From Eubacteriales bacterium (GTDB lineage: Bacteria; Bacillota; Clostridia; Oscillospirales; CAG-272): a stretch of 64,000 nucleotides of DNA. Both the position numbers and the translations under genes were made by a program. The notes under the pieces are model-generated. The model ran no database searches. It worked only from the letters and a program-made list of their open reading frames with translations, and was not told the DNA's origin. The stretch covers positions 1,888 through 65,887 of the forward strand of contig JAZOMG010000066.1 of NCBI GenBank assembly GCA_045653705.1, given 5' to 3'. Positions 35,388 through 45,665 of this stretch are shown piece after piece. How positions within the stretch are numbered: the stretch's first letter is position 1; each line of letters starts with the position of its first letter.

Positions 35388-37778
35388 TCAAGCGTTTGTT
35401 TCGGCAATAAATTTACGGATAGCAGATGCGTTCTCTATCTTCATAACAGAGCTGCCCGAAACTACCACAAGGGTGGGCGCTTGCTTTATGCCGTACTCCT
35501 CGGCAAGCTCGCGATTATCCTCATAGTAAACCTTTGTAACCGCCATTCCCGCATCGTTTAAAAACTTCTCAGCCATCTTACAGTTGGGGCAGGCCTTTGC
35601 AGCGAAAAGCATAATGCTGTCGCCACAATCGCAGGCGGTGGGCTCTGCAACCTCTGCCTTGTTCTCTACCTGCTTGAAGCCAACACTATCCTCGCGGTTA
35701 GCCATAGAGGAAGCGATATTGTAAAGCTTACGGTTCTTGTATTCCTCGGACTTACCGTCGTTCCAGTTCTGTACGGGACGGTAGTAGCCTGTAATACGGC
35801 TATACACCTCTGTCTTTTCGCCGCAGAAGGGACATACGAACTTTTCGCCGCTGATATATCCGTGAGCCTTACATACGGAATACGTGGGAGACAGAGAGTA
35901 ATAAGGCAGTCTGTAGTTCTCCGCGATCTTGCGGACAAGATTAGCCGCCGCGCTCCAATCGGGAAGCTTTTCTCCCATATATGCGTGGAATACGGTACCC
36001 GACGTATAGAGAGTATGAAGCTCGTCCTGAAGGTCAAGCGCCTCAAAAATGTCATCGGTATATCCAACGGGAAGATGAGAGGAGTTAGTGTAATAAGGAG
36101 TCTTTCCGTTCTCGGATGCCGTGATTATCTCGGGGAAACGCTTTACGTCGTGCTTAGCAAGACGGTAAGAGGTTGACTCTGCGGGCGTTGCTTCGAGGTT
36201 GTAAAGGTCGCCGTACTTTTCCTGATAGTCGGAAAGTCTCTCTCTCATATGGTTGAGAACTTCCTTGGTGAACTTTTGAGCCTCATCGGTTCCGAGGTTC
36301 TTTCTTATCCACTTAGCATTGAGACAAGCCTCGTTCATACCTACGAGACCGATGGTAGAAAAGTGATTTTCAAAGGTTCCGAGGTATCTCTTGGTGTAAG
36401 GATACAGACCCTCGTCAAGAAGCTTTGTAATAACAGTTCTCTTTATCTTCAAAGAACGAGCCGCAATGTCGAGCTTGTGGTCAAGACGCGCATAGAAATC
36501 AGCCTCGTCCTCTGCAAGGTAAGCGATTCTGGGCATATTTATGGTAACAACGCCCACAGATCCCGTGCTTTCGCCGCTTCCGAAGAAGCCGCCCGACTTC
36601 TTACGAAGCTCACGGAGATCAAGACGGAGACGGCAGCACATACTTCTTACGTCGCTGGGCTCCATATCGCTGTTTATGTAGTTGGAGAAATAAGGAGTAC
36701 CGTATTTAGAGGTCATCTCAAAGAGCAAGCGGTTGTTCTCTGTATCCGACCAGTCGAAATTAGAGGTAATGGAATAGGTGGGGATAGGATACTGGAAGCC
36801 GCGTCCGTTAGCGTCACCCTCTATCATCGTCTCGATGAACGCCTTATTGACCATATCCATTTCCTTTTTACAGTCCTTATACTTGAAGTCCATCTCCTTA
36901 CCGCCAACGATAGCGTTAAGCTCCGCAAGGTCGGCAGGAACTGTCCAGTCAAGAGTTATGTTGGAGAAAGGCGCTTGAGTACCCCAACGGGAGGGAGTAT
37001 TTACGCCGTATACAAAGGACTCGATGCACTTCTTGACCTGATCGTAGCTGAGGTTATCAACCTTAACGAAAGGCGCAAGATAGGTATCAAAGGACGAGAA
37101 CGCCTGAGCGCCTGCCCACTCGTTCTGCATTATTCCAAGGAAGTTTACCATCTGGTTGCAGAGTGTTGCAAGATGGCTTGCGGGAGCGGAGGTTATCTTA
37201 CCCGTTACACCGCCCAGACCCTCTTGAATAAGCTGCTTCAACGACCAGCCTGCGCAATAGCCCGTAAGCATAGAAAGGTCGTGGATATGAATATCCGCGT
37301 TTCTGTGGGCGTTTGCTATCTCATCGTCATAAATCTCGGAAAGCCAATAGTTAGCTGTAATAGCGCCCGAGTTAGAAAGGATAAGTCCGCCTACGGAATA
37401 GGTAACTGTGGAGTTTTCCTTTACTCTCCAGTCCATATTTTTAACGTAGCTGTCCACAATATCCTTATAGTCAAGAATAGTGGATTTCATATTACGGAGC
37501 TTTTCTCTCTGACGTCTGTAAAGGATATAAGCCTTTGCAACGTCAGCGTAGCCCGCCTGGACAAGAACCGACTCAACGCTGTCCTGAATATCCTCGACAG
37601 CAATAAGCCCTTCCTTTATTTTGGGTTCAAAATCGGCTGTGACCTTAAGAGCCAAAAAATCTATTACGCTGGGGTGATACTGCTTTTCCTGTGCCTCAAA
37701 GGCAAGCTTGATGGCATCGTTGATTTTGGCAAGGTTAAAATCTGATACCTTACCGTCTCTTTTTAAGACCTGATACAT
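35388..37778 (-). CDS. nrdD: Anaerobic ribonucleoside-triphosphate reductase (class III) with N-terminal ATP-cone and C-terminal CPNC thioredoxin-fold extension
   Basis: ATP-cone MYQVLKRDGKVSDF, a Zn ribbon CPFCG and the glycyl-radical motif SRITGYYRPV. About 130 further residues end in ...MLFAAKACPNCKMAEKFL...APTLVVV. ATG at 37778 with an AAGGAGA RBS. Confidence 0.93.
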   Translation of the reverse strand: MYQVLKRDGKVSDFNLAKINDAIKLAFEAQEKQYHPSVIDFLALKVTADFEPKIKEGLIAVEDIQDSVESVLVQAGYADVAKAYILYRRQREKLRNMKSTILDYKDIVDSYVKNMDWRVKENSTVTYSVGGLILSNSGAITANYWLSEIYDDEIANAHRNADIHIHDLSMLTGYCAGWSLKQLIQEGLGGVTGKITSAPASHLATLCNQMVNFLGIMQNEWAGAQAFSSFDTYLAPFVKVDNLSYDQVKKCIESFVYGVNTPSRWGTQAPFSNITLDWTVPADLAELNAIVGGKEMDFKYKDCKKEMDMVNKAFIETMIEGDANGRGFQYPIPTYSITSNFDWSDTENNRLLFEMTSKYGTPYFSNYINSDMEPSDVRSMCCRLRLDLRELRKKSGGFFGSGESTGSVGVVTINMPRIAYLAEDEADFYARLDHKLDIAARSLKIKRTVITKLLDEGLYPYTKRYLGTFENHFSTIGLVGMNEACLNAKWIRKNLGTDEAQKFTKEVLNHMRERLSDYQEKYGDLYNLEATPAESTSYRLAKHDVKRFPEIITASENGKTPYYTNSSHLPVGYTDDIFEALDLQDELHTLYTSGTVFHAYMGEKLPDWSAAANLVRKIAENYRLPYYSLSPTYSVCKAHGYISGEKFVCPFCGEKTEVYSRITGYYRPVQNWNDGKSEEYKNRKLYNIASSMANREDSVGFKQVENKAEVAEPTACDCGDSIMLFAAKACPNCKMAEKFLNDAGMAVTKVYYEDNRELAEEYGIKQAPTLVVVSGSSVMKIENASAIRKFIAETNA

Positions 37779-37862
37779 TTTATTCTCCTTTTCTTTTTTA
37801 TTTTTCATTATTCGACATATAATAGTATAAACCAAAAGTATTATTTTGTCAATTGTGAGATA

Positions 37863-37910
37863 TCACAATATATTGTGTTATTAATTGGATATTTTCACAA
37901 TATATTGTGA
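37863..37910 (-). promoter_or_regulatory. Two tandem NrdR boxes upstream of the nrdD promoter
   Basis: TCACAATATATTGTGT (37863-37878) and TCACAATATATTGTGA (37895-37910) are 32 bp apart centre to centre. TTGACA-17-TATACT lies just downstream on the minus strand. Confidence 0.8.
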
Positions 37911-37915
37911 AAATA

Positions 37916-37963
37916 TAAAAAATCGAAACCTCTCGGTGGCGCAACAGCCGTCCGAGAGGTTTC
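37916..37963 (-). terminator. Rho-independent terminator ending the pyr operon
   Basis: GAAACCUCUCGG...CCGAGAGGUUUC followed by GAUUUUUU on the minus strand. Confidence 0.65.
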
Positions 37964-38092
37964 TACATCGGAAATAAACTATAAAATCTTAGTAAAAGTA
38001 AGGTCGAGCTAATAAATCCTTATTTGCAAGGTTTTCTTTGCGCTACTTTCTTTTAAAAGAAAGTAGCCAAAAACCTTTACAAAGTAACAATA

Positions 38093-38509
38093 TCAATTAG
38101 CCTTTGTTTCGCAGTAGATGCAACGGTAAACGCGGTTCTCCTTGTCGGTGAGCTTGAATTTATGAACTATCTCCTGCTCTGTGGTGGTTATACAACGGGG
38201 GTTTTTACAGTGAATAACACCCGTAAGCTCGCGGGGAAGCTCCATATTTTTCTTTTCAACTATCTTACCGTCAGAAATGATATTCACAGTGACCTCGGGA
38301 GCGATAAATCCGATTATATCGAAATTTATATCTATTGCCGCGTCTATTTTGATTATATCCTTTTTTCCCTGCTTTTGGCTGCCCACGTTCTTTATGAGGG
38401 CAATAGAGCAATCAAGCTCGTCAAGACCCAGAAGCTCGTAAAGCTTCATTCCTTTACCTGCGGGAATATGGTCGATAACAAATCCGTTCTGAATAGAATC
38501 TATATTCAT
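38093..38509 (-). CDS. pyrI: Aspartate carbamoyltransferase regulatory subunit
   Basis: 138 aa with the C-terminal zinc domain CKNPRCIT...YRCIYC. Overlaps the pyrB stop. Confidence 0.95.
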   Translation of the reverse strand: MNIDSIQNGFVIDHIPAGKGMKLYELLGLDELDCSIALIKNVGSQKQGKKDIIKIDAAIDINFDIIGFIAPEVTVNIISDGKIVEKKNMELPRELTGVIHCKNPRCITTTEQEIVHKFKLTDKENRVYRCIYCETKAN

Positions 38510-39432
38510 ATGCTTCCTGCCTCCTTTAAGAGCTTAAGAATAAGCGCCTTACGCATAATCTTCGCATTGTAGACCTGTTTGAAATAGCAGGCTCTGGGAT
38601 CGTCGTCAATAGCCACGCTTATTTCATTAACTCTTGGCAACGGGTGCATTATGCAAAGGTCGGGCTTCGCGCTAACAAGCTTCTGAGGTGTAAGGATATA
38701 GCTATCCTTAAGACGGAGATAATCCTCTTCGTTAAAGAAACGTTCCTTTTGCACACGGGTCATATAGAGAACGTCAAGCTCGGGCATTACAGCCTCAAGG
38801 TCTGTGGTTTCCACGTACTCTATGTTGTTCTTATCGAGTATATCCTTTTTCACGTAGCTTGGCAGCTTGAGCTCATAAGGAGAGATAAGCACTACCTTTA
38901 CGTTGTCAAAACGAGAAAGGGCGCTGATAAGAGAATGTACCGTTCTTCCAAACTTAAGGTCTCCGCAGAAGCCTATGGTAAAGTTATCGATCCTTCCCTT
39001 TTCCCTGTCAATAGTAAGCAGGTCCGCAAGGGTCTGGGTGGGATGGTTATGTCCGCCGTCACCCGCGTTTATTACAGGTATAGACGCCGCGTTTGCCGCA
39101 ACGAGGGGCGCGCCCTCCTTAGGGTGACGCATAGCGATTATGTCCGCATAACAGCTGATGACCTTTGCCGTATCCGAAACGCTCTCGCCCTTTGACGATG
39201 ACGTATTAGCCGCATCGGAGAAGCCGATAACGCTTCCGCCAAGCTCCAGCATTGCCGCCTCAAAGCTGAGGCGCGTTCTTGTGGACGGCTCAAAGAAAAG
39301 CGTAGCGAGCTTTTTTCTCTTACAGCACTCGGCATATTTGTCGGGGTCGGCTATCATATCCTTGGCAGTAGTCAAGAGTTCATCGATCTCTTCAACAGAA
39401 AAATCCAAAATATCAATGAGACTTCTTTTCAT
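38506..39432 (-). CDS. pyrB: Aspartate carbamoyltransferase catalytic subunit
   Basis: [13 protein letters not shown] carbamoyl-phosphate motif, with HPTQ and HPLPR. Confidence 0.97.
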   Translation of the reverse strand: MKRSLIDILDFSVEEIDELLTTAKDMIADPDKYAECCKRKKLATLFFEPSTRTRLSFEAAMLELGGSVIGFSDAANTSSSKGESVSDTAKVISCYADIIAMRHPKEGAPLVAANAASIPVINAGDGGHNHPTQTLADLLTIDREKGRIDNFTIGFCGDLKFGRTVHSLISALSRFDNVKVVLISPYELKLPSYVKKDILDKNNIEYVETTDLEAVMPELDVLYMTRVQKERFFNEEDYLRLKDSYILTPQKLVSAKPDLCIMHPLPRVNEISVAIDDDPRACYFKQVYNAKIMRKALILKLLKEAGSI

Positions 39433-39444
39433 TTCTGCCCCCTA

Positions 39445-40083
39445 TCAGCCTATCCAGCTTTCATCCGAGGGATTGTTACGGAAAGCGATAAGACGCTTTA
39501 CATCCTCTTGACGGATATATTTCTCCTCTGCCGCAACCTCTGCGATAACGTCAAAGTTAGTCAGGGAATAATTTATTACGTTAGCCTCAGCCAGACGGTC
39601 AAGACCCTTCTTCATTCCGTAGGTAAAGATGCTTACAACACCAAGCACCTCAGCGCCCGCCTCACGAAGAACGTTAACGACCTCGATAACGCTTCCGCCT
39701 GTGGAGATAAGATCCTCAACTACAACTACCTTTTGACCCGCTTCAAGCTTACCCTCTATCTGGTTCTGTCTGCCGTGGTCCTTTGCGCCCGAACGAACGT
39801 AGCCCATAGGCATATCGAGAAGATGAGCGGTGATAGCCGCGTGGGCAATACCCGCCGTAGAAGTACCCATAAGCACCTCTGCTGTGGGGAAATGAGTCTT
39901 TATAAGCTCTGCAAGTCCCTTTTCAACGTCGTTTCTTACTGCGGGAGCTGTAAGAGTAAGTCTGTTATCACAGTATACGGGGCTCTTTATTCCGCTTGCC
40001 CAGGTAAAGGGCTCTTCGGGTCTGAAAAATACGGCTCTGATAGAGAGCAGGTCTTTAGCTATAATTCTTTCAACGTTTTCCAT
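39445..40083 (-). CDS. pyrE: Orotate phosphoribosyltransferase
   Basis: PRPP-binding motif [13 protein letters not shown]. Operon context supports the call. Confidence 0.95.
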   Translation of the reverse strand: MENVERIIAKDLLSIRAVFFRPEEPFTWASGIKSPVYCDNRLTLTAPAVRNDVEKGLAELIKTHFPTAEVLMGTSTAGIAHAAITAHLLDMPMGYVRSGAKDHGRQNQIEGKLEAGQKVVVVEDLISTGGSVIEVVNVLREAGAEVLGVVSIFTYGMKKGLDRLAEANVINYSLTNFDVIAEVAAEEKYIRQEDVKRLIAFRNNPSDESWIG

Positions 40084-40108
40084 TTTTATATCCTCTCTTT
40101 TATTTATT

Positions 40109-40807
40109 TTAATCGCAAAATTCGCTTACGCAACGCTCGTAAGCCGCAACAGGGTCGTCAGCCGCCGTTATAGGTCTGCCTACAACGATATAATCCGAGC
40201 CTATTCTCTTCGCCTCGGCGGGAGTCATAACTCTCTTCTGGTCGCCTATGTCTCCATCGGCAAATCTTACGCCTGGGGTGACTGTGAGGAATTTCTCTCC
40301 GCATCTCTCGTGTACCTTTCCTGCTTCAAGGGGTGAGCATACAACACCGTCAAGTCCCGCAAGCTTTGCGTTATGAGCGTAGTGCATTACCACGTCCGCA
40401 ATAGGCTTTTCTATGAGCAGGTCTTTCTCCATACTCTCCTGATCGGTAGAGGTAAGCTGTGTTACCGCAATAAGCAGAGGTCTTGTGCCATCGGGTCTTG
40501 TAAGTCCCTCAAGAGCGCCCTCCATCATATGTACAGTACCTGCTGCGTGGAGATTTGTCATATCAACGTCAAGCCTTGAAAGCACAGCCATAGATTTTTT
40601 TACGGTGTTGGGGATATCGTGAAGCTTCAAATCAAGGAATATCTTATGTCCTCTCTTTTTTATCTCGCGGACTATTGAGGGTCCCTCTGCATAGTAAAGC
40701 TCCATTCCTATCTTTACAAAGGGCTTTCTTCCCGTGAATTTGTCAAGGAAAGCAAATGTCTTTTCAGCGCTGTCAAAATCACAGGCTATGATTACGTCTT
40801 TTCCCAT
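40109..40807 (-). CDS. pyrF: Orotidine 5'-phosphate decarboxylase
   Basis: IIACDF..., the [13 protein letters not shown] motif and VVGRPI. Confidence 0.95.
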   Translation of the reverse strand: MGKDVIIACDFDSAEKTFAFLDKFTGRKPFVKIGMELYYAEGPSIVREIKKRGHKIFLDLKLHDIPNTVKKSMAVLSRLDVDMTNLHAAGTVHMMEGALEGLTRPDGTRPLLIAVTQLTSTDQESMEKDLLIEKPIADVVMHYAHNAKLAGLDGVVCSPLEAGKVHERCGEKFLTVTPGVRFADGDIGDQKRVMTPAEAKRIGSDYIVVGRPITAADDPVAAYERCVSEFCD

Positions 40808-41718
40808 TACTTACACACTCCTATTATTTCTCTTAACGTATTTATTTTGTATTTTTCCATTACAGATGGCAATTCGTTAATAATGTCTCGGCAAGCAAAG
40901 GGGTCAACAAGATTTGCCGCGCCCACCTCAACGGCGGTTGCTCCCGCCATCATCATTTCTATAACGTCCTCGGCGCTTGAAACACCGCCCATTCCAATAA
41001 CGGGTATCTTTACGGCGTTAGCTACCTGATAGACCATTCTCACAGCCACAGGGAAAATAGCAGGTCCTGAGAAGCCGCCCATTTTATTGGCGATAACAGG
41101 CGCACGGCGGCGCATATCTATTCTCATTCCAAGCATTGTATTTATAAGGCTAATACCGTCCGCGCCCGCATCCTCGCAAGCCTTAGCTATTGCTACGATA
41201 TCGGTCACATTTGGGGAAAGCTTTACTATCACAGGCTTTGTCGTTACCTTTTTTACCGCCTTTACCACCTCAGCCGCCGCCTCGGGAGATGTGCCGAAGC
41301 TCATTCCGCCGCCGTGTACGTTAGGACAGCTTACATTTACCTCAAGCCAACCCACCTGCTCACAGCCGTCAAGTCTCTGACAGGTATATGCGTAATCCTC
41401 GACCGAAAAGCCGCTGACGTTTGCCATTACCTTTTTGTCAAAGCATTTGGCAAGCCTGGGAAGCTCCTCGGAAACGACCTTTTCCACTCCCGGGTTTTGA
41501 AGTCCGACCGCATTTATCATACCCGACGGACATTCGGCAATTCTCGGCGTGGGATTACCGAACCGAGGGTCTTTGGTAGTTCCCTTAAAGGAGAACGTGC
41601 CGAGAATATTTATATCGTAAAGCTCCGCAAATTCGTATCCGTATCCGAAGGTTCCGCTGGCGGGGATAACAGGATTGTCAAGCTCTATCCCACAAAGGTC
41701 AACGCTCATTTTTCCCAT
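40807..41718 (-). CDS. pyrD: Dihydroorotate dehydrogenase B catalytic subunit
   Basis: Class 1B DHODH: NPVIPASGTFG, NVSCPN and GGVSSAEDV. Paired with pyrK. Confidence 0.95.
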   Translation of the reverse strand: MGKMSVDLCGIELDNPVIPASGTFGYGYEFAELYDINILGTFSFKGTTKDPRFGNPTPRIAECPSGMINAVGLQNPGVEKVVSEELPRLAKCFDKKVMANVSGFSVEDYAYTCQRLDGCEQVGWLEVNVSCPNVHGGGMSFGTSPEAAAEVVKAVKKVTTKPVIVKLSPNVTDIVAIAKACEDAGADGISLINTMLGMRIDMRRRAPVIANKMGGFSGPAIFPVAVRMVYQVANAVKIPVIGMGGVSSAEDVIEMMMAGATAVEVGAANLVDPFACRDIINELPSVMEKYKINTLREIIGVCK

Positions 41719-42440
41719 ATTATCTCCTCCTTTACAAGAACGGGTCCGTCCTTACATATTCTCTTATTTCCGTAAAGCGTTTTACAGGAACAGCCCATGC
41801 AAGCACCGAAGCCGCATCCCATACGCTCCTCAAAGCTGAACTGTCCGCCAGTTTTGCTTACGTTATAAATAGCCTTTAGCATAGGCTCAGGACCGCAGGT
41901 GTAGAAATAGCTGTAATCCATTTTCTCCATTGCGTTTGTAACAAAGCCCTGCATTCCGTATGAGCCGTCAACGGTTGTAACGGTAACGTCACAGCCGAGA
42001 GCCTTGAAATCCTCTTCGCAGAACACCTCGCTCTTTGTGTTAAAGCCGAGTATGACGGACACGCTCTTTCCCATCTCTCTGAGCCTTTTAGCAAGCAGAT
42101 ACATAGGGGGAACTCCCACGCCGCCGCCGATAAGCAGGGGGGCATCCCCTGCTACCGACAGATCGTATCCGTTACCGAGCCCTGTGAGAACATCAAGCGT
42201 TCCCTCTTTCATATTTTTCATTTGCTCCGTACCCTTACCTACCACCTTGTAGATAATGGTAACCGCCTTTTCGTCGCAATCGTATACCGATATAGGACGG
42301 CGAAGATAGAGCCCATCCAGCTTGATATTCACAAACTGTCCTGCGGCTGTTATGGCAGAGGTATCGCCTTCAAGGCGCATACGCATTACGTTTTCGGTAA
42401 GGGGAGTATTTTCGGTTATCTTAAATAGTCCTTGCTTCAT
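41706..42440 (-). CDS. pyrK: Dihydroorotate dehydrogenase B electron-transfer subunit
   Basis: FAD/NAD-binding ferredoxin-reductase fold with a C-terminal 2Fe-2S cluster CGFGACMGCSC. ATG at 42440 (GAGG RBS). Confidence 0.9.
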   Translation of the reverse strand: MKQGLFKITENTPLTENVMRMRLEGDTSAITAAGQFVNIKLDGLYLRRPISVYDCDEKAVTIIYKVVGKGTEQMKNMKEGTLDVLTGLGNGYDLSVAGDAPLLIGGGVGVPPMYLLAKRLREMGKSVSVILGFNTKSEVFCEEDFKALGCDVTVTTVDGSYGMQGFVTNAMEKMDYSYFYTCGPEPMLKAIYNVSKTGGQFSFEERMGCGFGACMGCSCKTLYGNKRICKDGPVLVKEEIIWEK

Positions 42441-42454
42441 TTTACCGACCTCAA

Positions 42455-45400
42455 TTACGCATCGATAGTTGAAATACAAAGGGTAGTTTCCTCAAGAACG
42501 TCAAGGAGAACTCTTACCGTATCCAAGGACGAGAAGAGGGTCACGTTGCTCTCGATCGCCCAAGCTCTTATCTGCTTTCCGTCGCTGAGCTGATTTGTAG
42601 ACTGTACGTCACTTGTGTTTATAACGTAAGCTATATGACCCTGACGGATAGAATCCTGTATCTCGGTGCTTCCCGTTTCTATCTTAGCAAGAACGTGAGT
42701 ACGGATTCCGTTGCTCTTCAAGAAGTTAGCCGTTCCCTCGGTAGCCTCTATATTGAAGCCGAGGTTATAGAAGCGGCGAATAAGGGGCAGAGCCTCTTCC
42801 TTATCTTTGTCGGCAATAGTTACGAACACGGTTCCGTAGTTCTGCAAGTGCATACCCGATGCCTGAAGCGCCTTGTAAAGCGCGCGGTTGAGCATATTGT
42901 CGTATCCGATAGCTTCACCCGTGGATTTCATTTCGGGAGACAGATACGCGTCAAGTCCTCTTATCTTATTATAGGAGAATACGGGCACCTTTACGTACCA
43001 TCTCTTCTTTTCATCGGGATAGATATCGAATATTCCCTGCTCCTTTAAGCTCTTTCCGAGAATAACCTCGGTAGCTATATCAGCAAGGCTGTAGCCTGTT
43101 GCCTTAGAAAGGAAAGGAACTGTTCTGGACGAACGGGGGTTTACCTCGATTATAAACACTCTCTCGTCCTTATCAACTATAAACTGAATGTTAAACAGAC
43201 CCTTGATACCGATGCCCAGACCAAGCTTCTTAGCGTAGGAAAGGATAGTTCCCTTTACCTTGTCGGATATGCTGAATGCGGGATAAACGCTGATAGAGTC
43301 GCCCGAGTGAACGCCTGTTCTCTCAACAAGCTCCATAATACCCGGAACGAACACGTCGCGTCCGTCGCAGATAGCGTCTACCTCAACCTCTTTACCTATG
43401 ATATACTTATCAACAAGAACGGGTCTGTCCTCGTCTATCTCAACGGCGGTCTTAAGGTACTGACGGAGCTGCTCCTCGTTTCCGACTATCTGCATAGCAC
43501 GTCCGCCAAGAACGAAGCTGGGGCGTACAAGCACAGGGTAGCCTATTCTCTCAGCAGCCTTAACGCCGTCCTCAATATTGGTAACAGCCTTACCCTCGGG
43601 CTGAGGGATACCGAGCTGACGGAGTATCTTCTCAAAACTGTCTCTGTTCTCTGCTCTCTCGATAGCGTCGCAATCTGTTCCGATTATCTCAACGCCTCTC
43701 TTCATAAGGGGTTCAGCAAGGTTGATAGCCGTCTGACCGCCGAGAGATGCGATAACGCCCTCGGGCTGTTCAAAGTCAACTATGCTCATAACGTCCTCGG
43801 GAGTAAGAGGCTCGAAATAGAGCTTATCACTTGTGGTATAGTCGGTAGAAACGGTTTCGGGGTTATTGTTTATGATTATAGCCTCATATCCCGAATCGCG
43901 TATAGTTGTAACGGCGTGAACGGTTGAATAGTCAAATTCAACGCCCTGACCTATACGGATAGGACCTGCGCCGAGAACGAGCATTTTCTTCTTATCCGTA
44001 AGAATAGAATCGTTCTTACCTGTATAAGAGGAGTAAAGGTAAGGAATATACGCGCCTGTGTGGAGAGTATCTACCATTCTGAACACGGGAACTATGGCGT
44101 TGTCCTTACGGAGCTTGCACACGTCAAGCTCGCCGCAGCCCCAAAGCTTTGCTATAAATTTATCGCAGAAGCCCATCTTCTTAGCGGCGCGAAGCACCTC
44201 AACGTCACCCTTGCATTCCGCGAGCTTTCTCTCCATTCTTACAATGCCAAGTATGGTTTCAAGGAAGTAGGGGGTTATCTTTGTAAGTCCGTACAGCTCG
44301 TCTACGGAAACACCTCTGCGAAGCAGTTCTGTAACGGCGAAAATGTTATCGTCCTTAAACTGAAGCGTATAGTCCTTAAGCGCCTGAGTTTCCATTTTCT
44401 CAAACTTAGGCATATAAAGGTGGCACACGCCTGTTTCGAGCGAACGTACCGACTTAAGCATACATTCCTCAAGATTTGAGCCGATACCCATTACCTCGCC
44501 CGTAGCCTTCATCTGTGTTCCGAGTACGTTGGAGGCTGACGAGAACTTATCGAACGGGAAGCGGGGGAACTTAGCAACAATATAGTCGAGTCTGGGCTCA
44601 ATAGCCGCCGTTGCGTTAGCGAGGGGAATTTCGTCAAGGGTCATACCCACAGCTATCTTTGCGGTGACGCGGGCGATAGGATATCCGCTCGCCTTGGAAG
44701 CCAGCGCCGAAGAACGGGAAACGCGGGGGTTGACCTCTATGAGATAGTACTCGGACGTCTCGGGATGGAGCGCGAACTGTACGTTACATCCGCCCTCTAT
44801 CTTCAGCTCTCTGATAATGCGTATCGCGCTATCATTAAGCATTTTAAGATCGTGGTCGTTAAGCGTAAGGATAGGCGCTACAACTATGGAGTCGCCTGTG
44901 TGAACACCAACGGGGTCGATATTTTCCATACCGCAAATAGTTATAGCGCGGTCGGACGAGTCACGCATGACCTCAAATTCTATTTCCTTATAGCCCTTAA
45001 CGCTCTTCTCGATAAGAACCTGATGCACAGGAGAAAGCTTGAACGCGTTTCTTCCTATCTCAATAAGCTCCTCCTCGTTGTTGGCAAAGCCGCCGCCTGT
45101 TCCGCCAAGGGTAAACGCGGGACGGAGAACAACGGGATAGCCTATTCTTTCTGCCGCCGCCTTAGCTTCATCAAGGCTATAGGTTATCTCAGAGGGGATC
45201 GTGGGCTCGCCTATTGACTGACACATTTCCTTGAACAGCTCTCTGTCCTCTGCGCGCTCAATACTCTCACTGCTCGTTCCCAGAAGCTCAACACGGCACT
45301 CCTTAAGAATGACTTTCTTTTCAAGCTGCATAGCAAGGTTAAGTCCTGTCTGTCCGCCGATACCGGGAACTATGGCGTCGGGACGCTCGTAGCGAAGTAT

Positions 45401-45628
45401 CTTAGCCACGTATTCAAGGGTAAGAGGCTCCATATATACCTTATCGGCTATGGTGGTATCAGTCATTATGGTAGCGGGGTTGGAGTTTACGAGAACGACC
45501 TCATAGCCCTCCTCCTTAAGGGCGAGACACGCCTGTGTTCCCGCATAGTCAAACTCTGCCGCCTGTCCTATGATAATTGGTCCTGAACCGATTATCAAAA
45601 TCTTTTTTAGGTCTTTTCTTTTTGCCAT
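42455..45628 (-). CDS. carB: Carbamoyl-phosphate synthase large subunit
   Basis: 1057 aa with duplicated ATP-grasp halves (IIGSGPIIIGQAAEFDYAG / VLGAGPIRIGQGVEFDY) and a C-terminal MGS-like domain. Confidence 0.97.
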   Translation of the reverse strand: MAKRKDLKKILIIGSGPIIIGQAAEFDYAGTQACLALKEEGYEVVLVNSNPATIMTDTTIADKVYMEPLTLEYVAKILRYERPDAIVPGIGGQTGLNLAMQLEKKVILKECRVELLGTSSESIERAEDRELFKEMCQSIGEPTIPSEITYSLDEAKAAAERIGYPVVLRPAFTLGGTGGGFANNEEELIEIGRNAFKLSPVHQVLIEKSVKGYKEIEFEVMRDSSDRAITICGMENIDPVGVHTGDSIVVAPILTLNDHDLKMLNDSAIRIIRELKIEGGCNVQFALHPETSEYYLIEVNPRVSRSSALASKASGYPIARVTAKIAVGMTLDEIPLANATAAIEPRLDYIVAKFPRFPFDKFSSASNVLGTQMKATGEVMGIGSNLEECMLKSVRSLETGVCHLYMPKFEKMETQALKDYTLQFKDDNIFAVTELLRRGVSVDELYGLTKITPYFLETILGIVRMERKLAECKGDVEVLRAAKKMGFCDKFIAKLWGCGELDVCKLRKDNAIVPVFRMVDTLHTGAYIPYLYSSYTGKNDSILTDKKKMLVLGAGPIRIGQGVEFDYSTVHAVTTIRDSGYEAIIINNNPETVSTDYTTSDKLYFEPLTPEDVMSIVDFEQPEGVIASLGGQTAINLAEPLMKRGVEIIGTDCDAIERAENRDSFEKILRQLGIPQPEGKAVTNIEDGVKAAERIGYPVLVRPSFVLGGRAMQIVGNEEQLRQYLKTAVEIDEDRPVLVDKYIIGKEVEVDAICDGRDVFVPGIMELVERTGVHSGDSISVYPAFSISDKVKGTILSYAKKLGLGIGIKGLFNIQFIVDKDERVFIIEVNPRSSRTVPFLSKATGYSLADIATEVILGKSLKEQGIFDIYPDEKKRWYVKVPVFSYNKIRGLDAYLSPEMKSTGEAIGYDNMLNRALYKALQASGMHLQNYGTVFVTIADKDKEEALPLIRRFYNLGFNIEATEGTANFLKSNGIRTHVLAKIETGSTEIQDSIRQGHIAYVINTSDVQSTNQLSDGKQIRAWAIESNVTLFSSLDTVRVLLDVLEETTLCISTIDA

Positions 45629-45665
45629 CTTTTATTTCCTCCGATAAATTAAACTCAATATTTCG

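Noticed and set aside
35030-35526. ORF-track calls of 60 aa (minus strand) and 123 aa (plus strand) in the nrdD-trxB spacer.
   Set aside because: They translate straight through the hairpin-repeat mosaic and give palindrome-derived peptides such as ...CHLPRWGRL.... They lack an RBS, and the plus-strand one runs into the antisense of nrdD.
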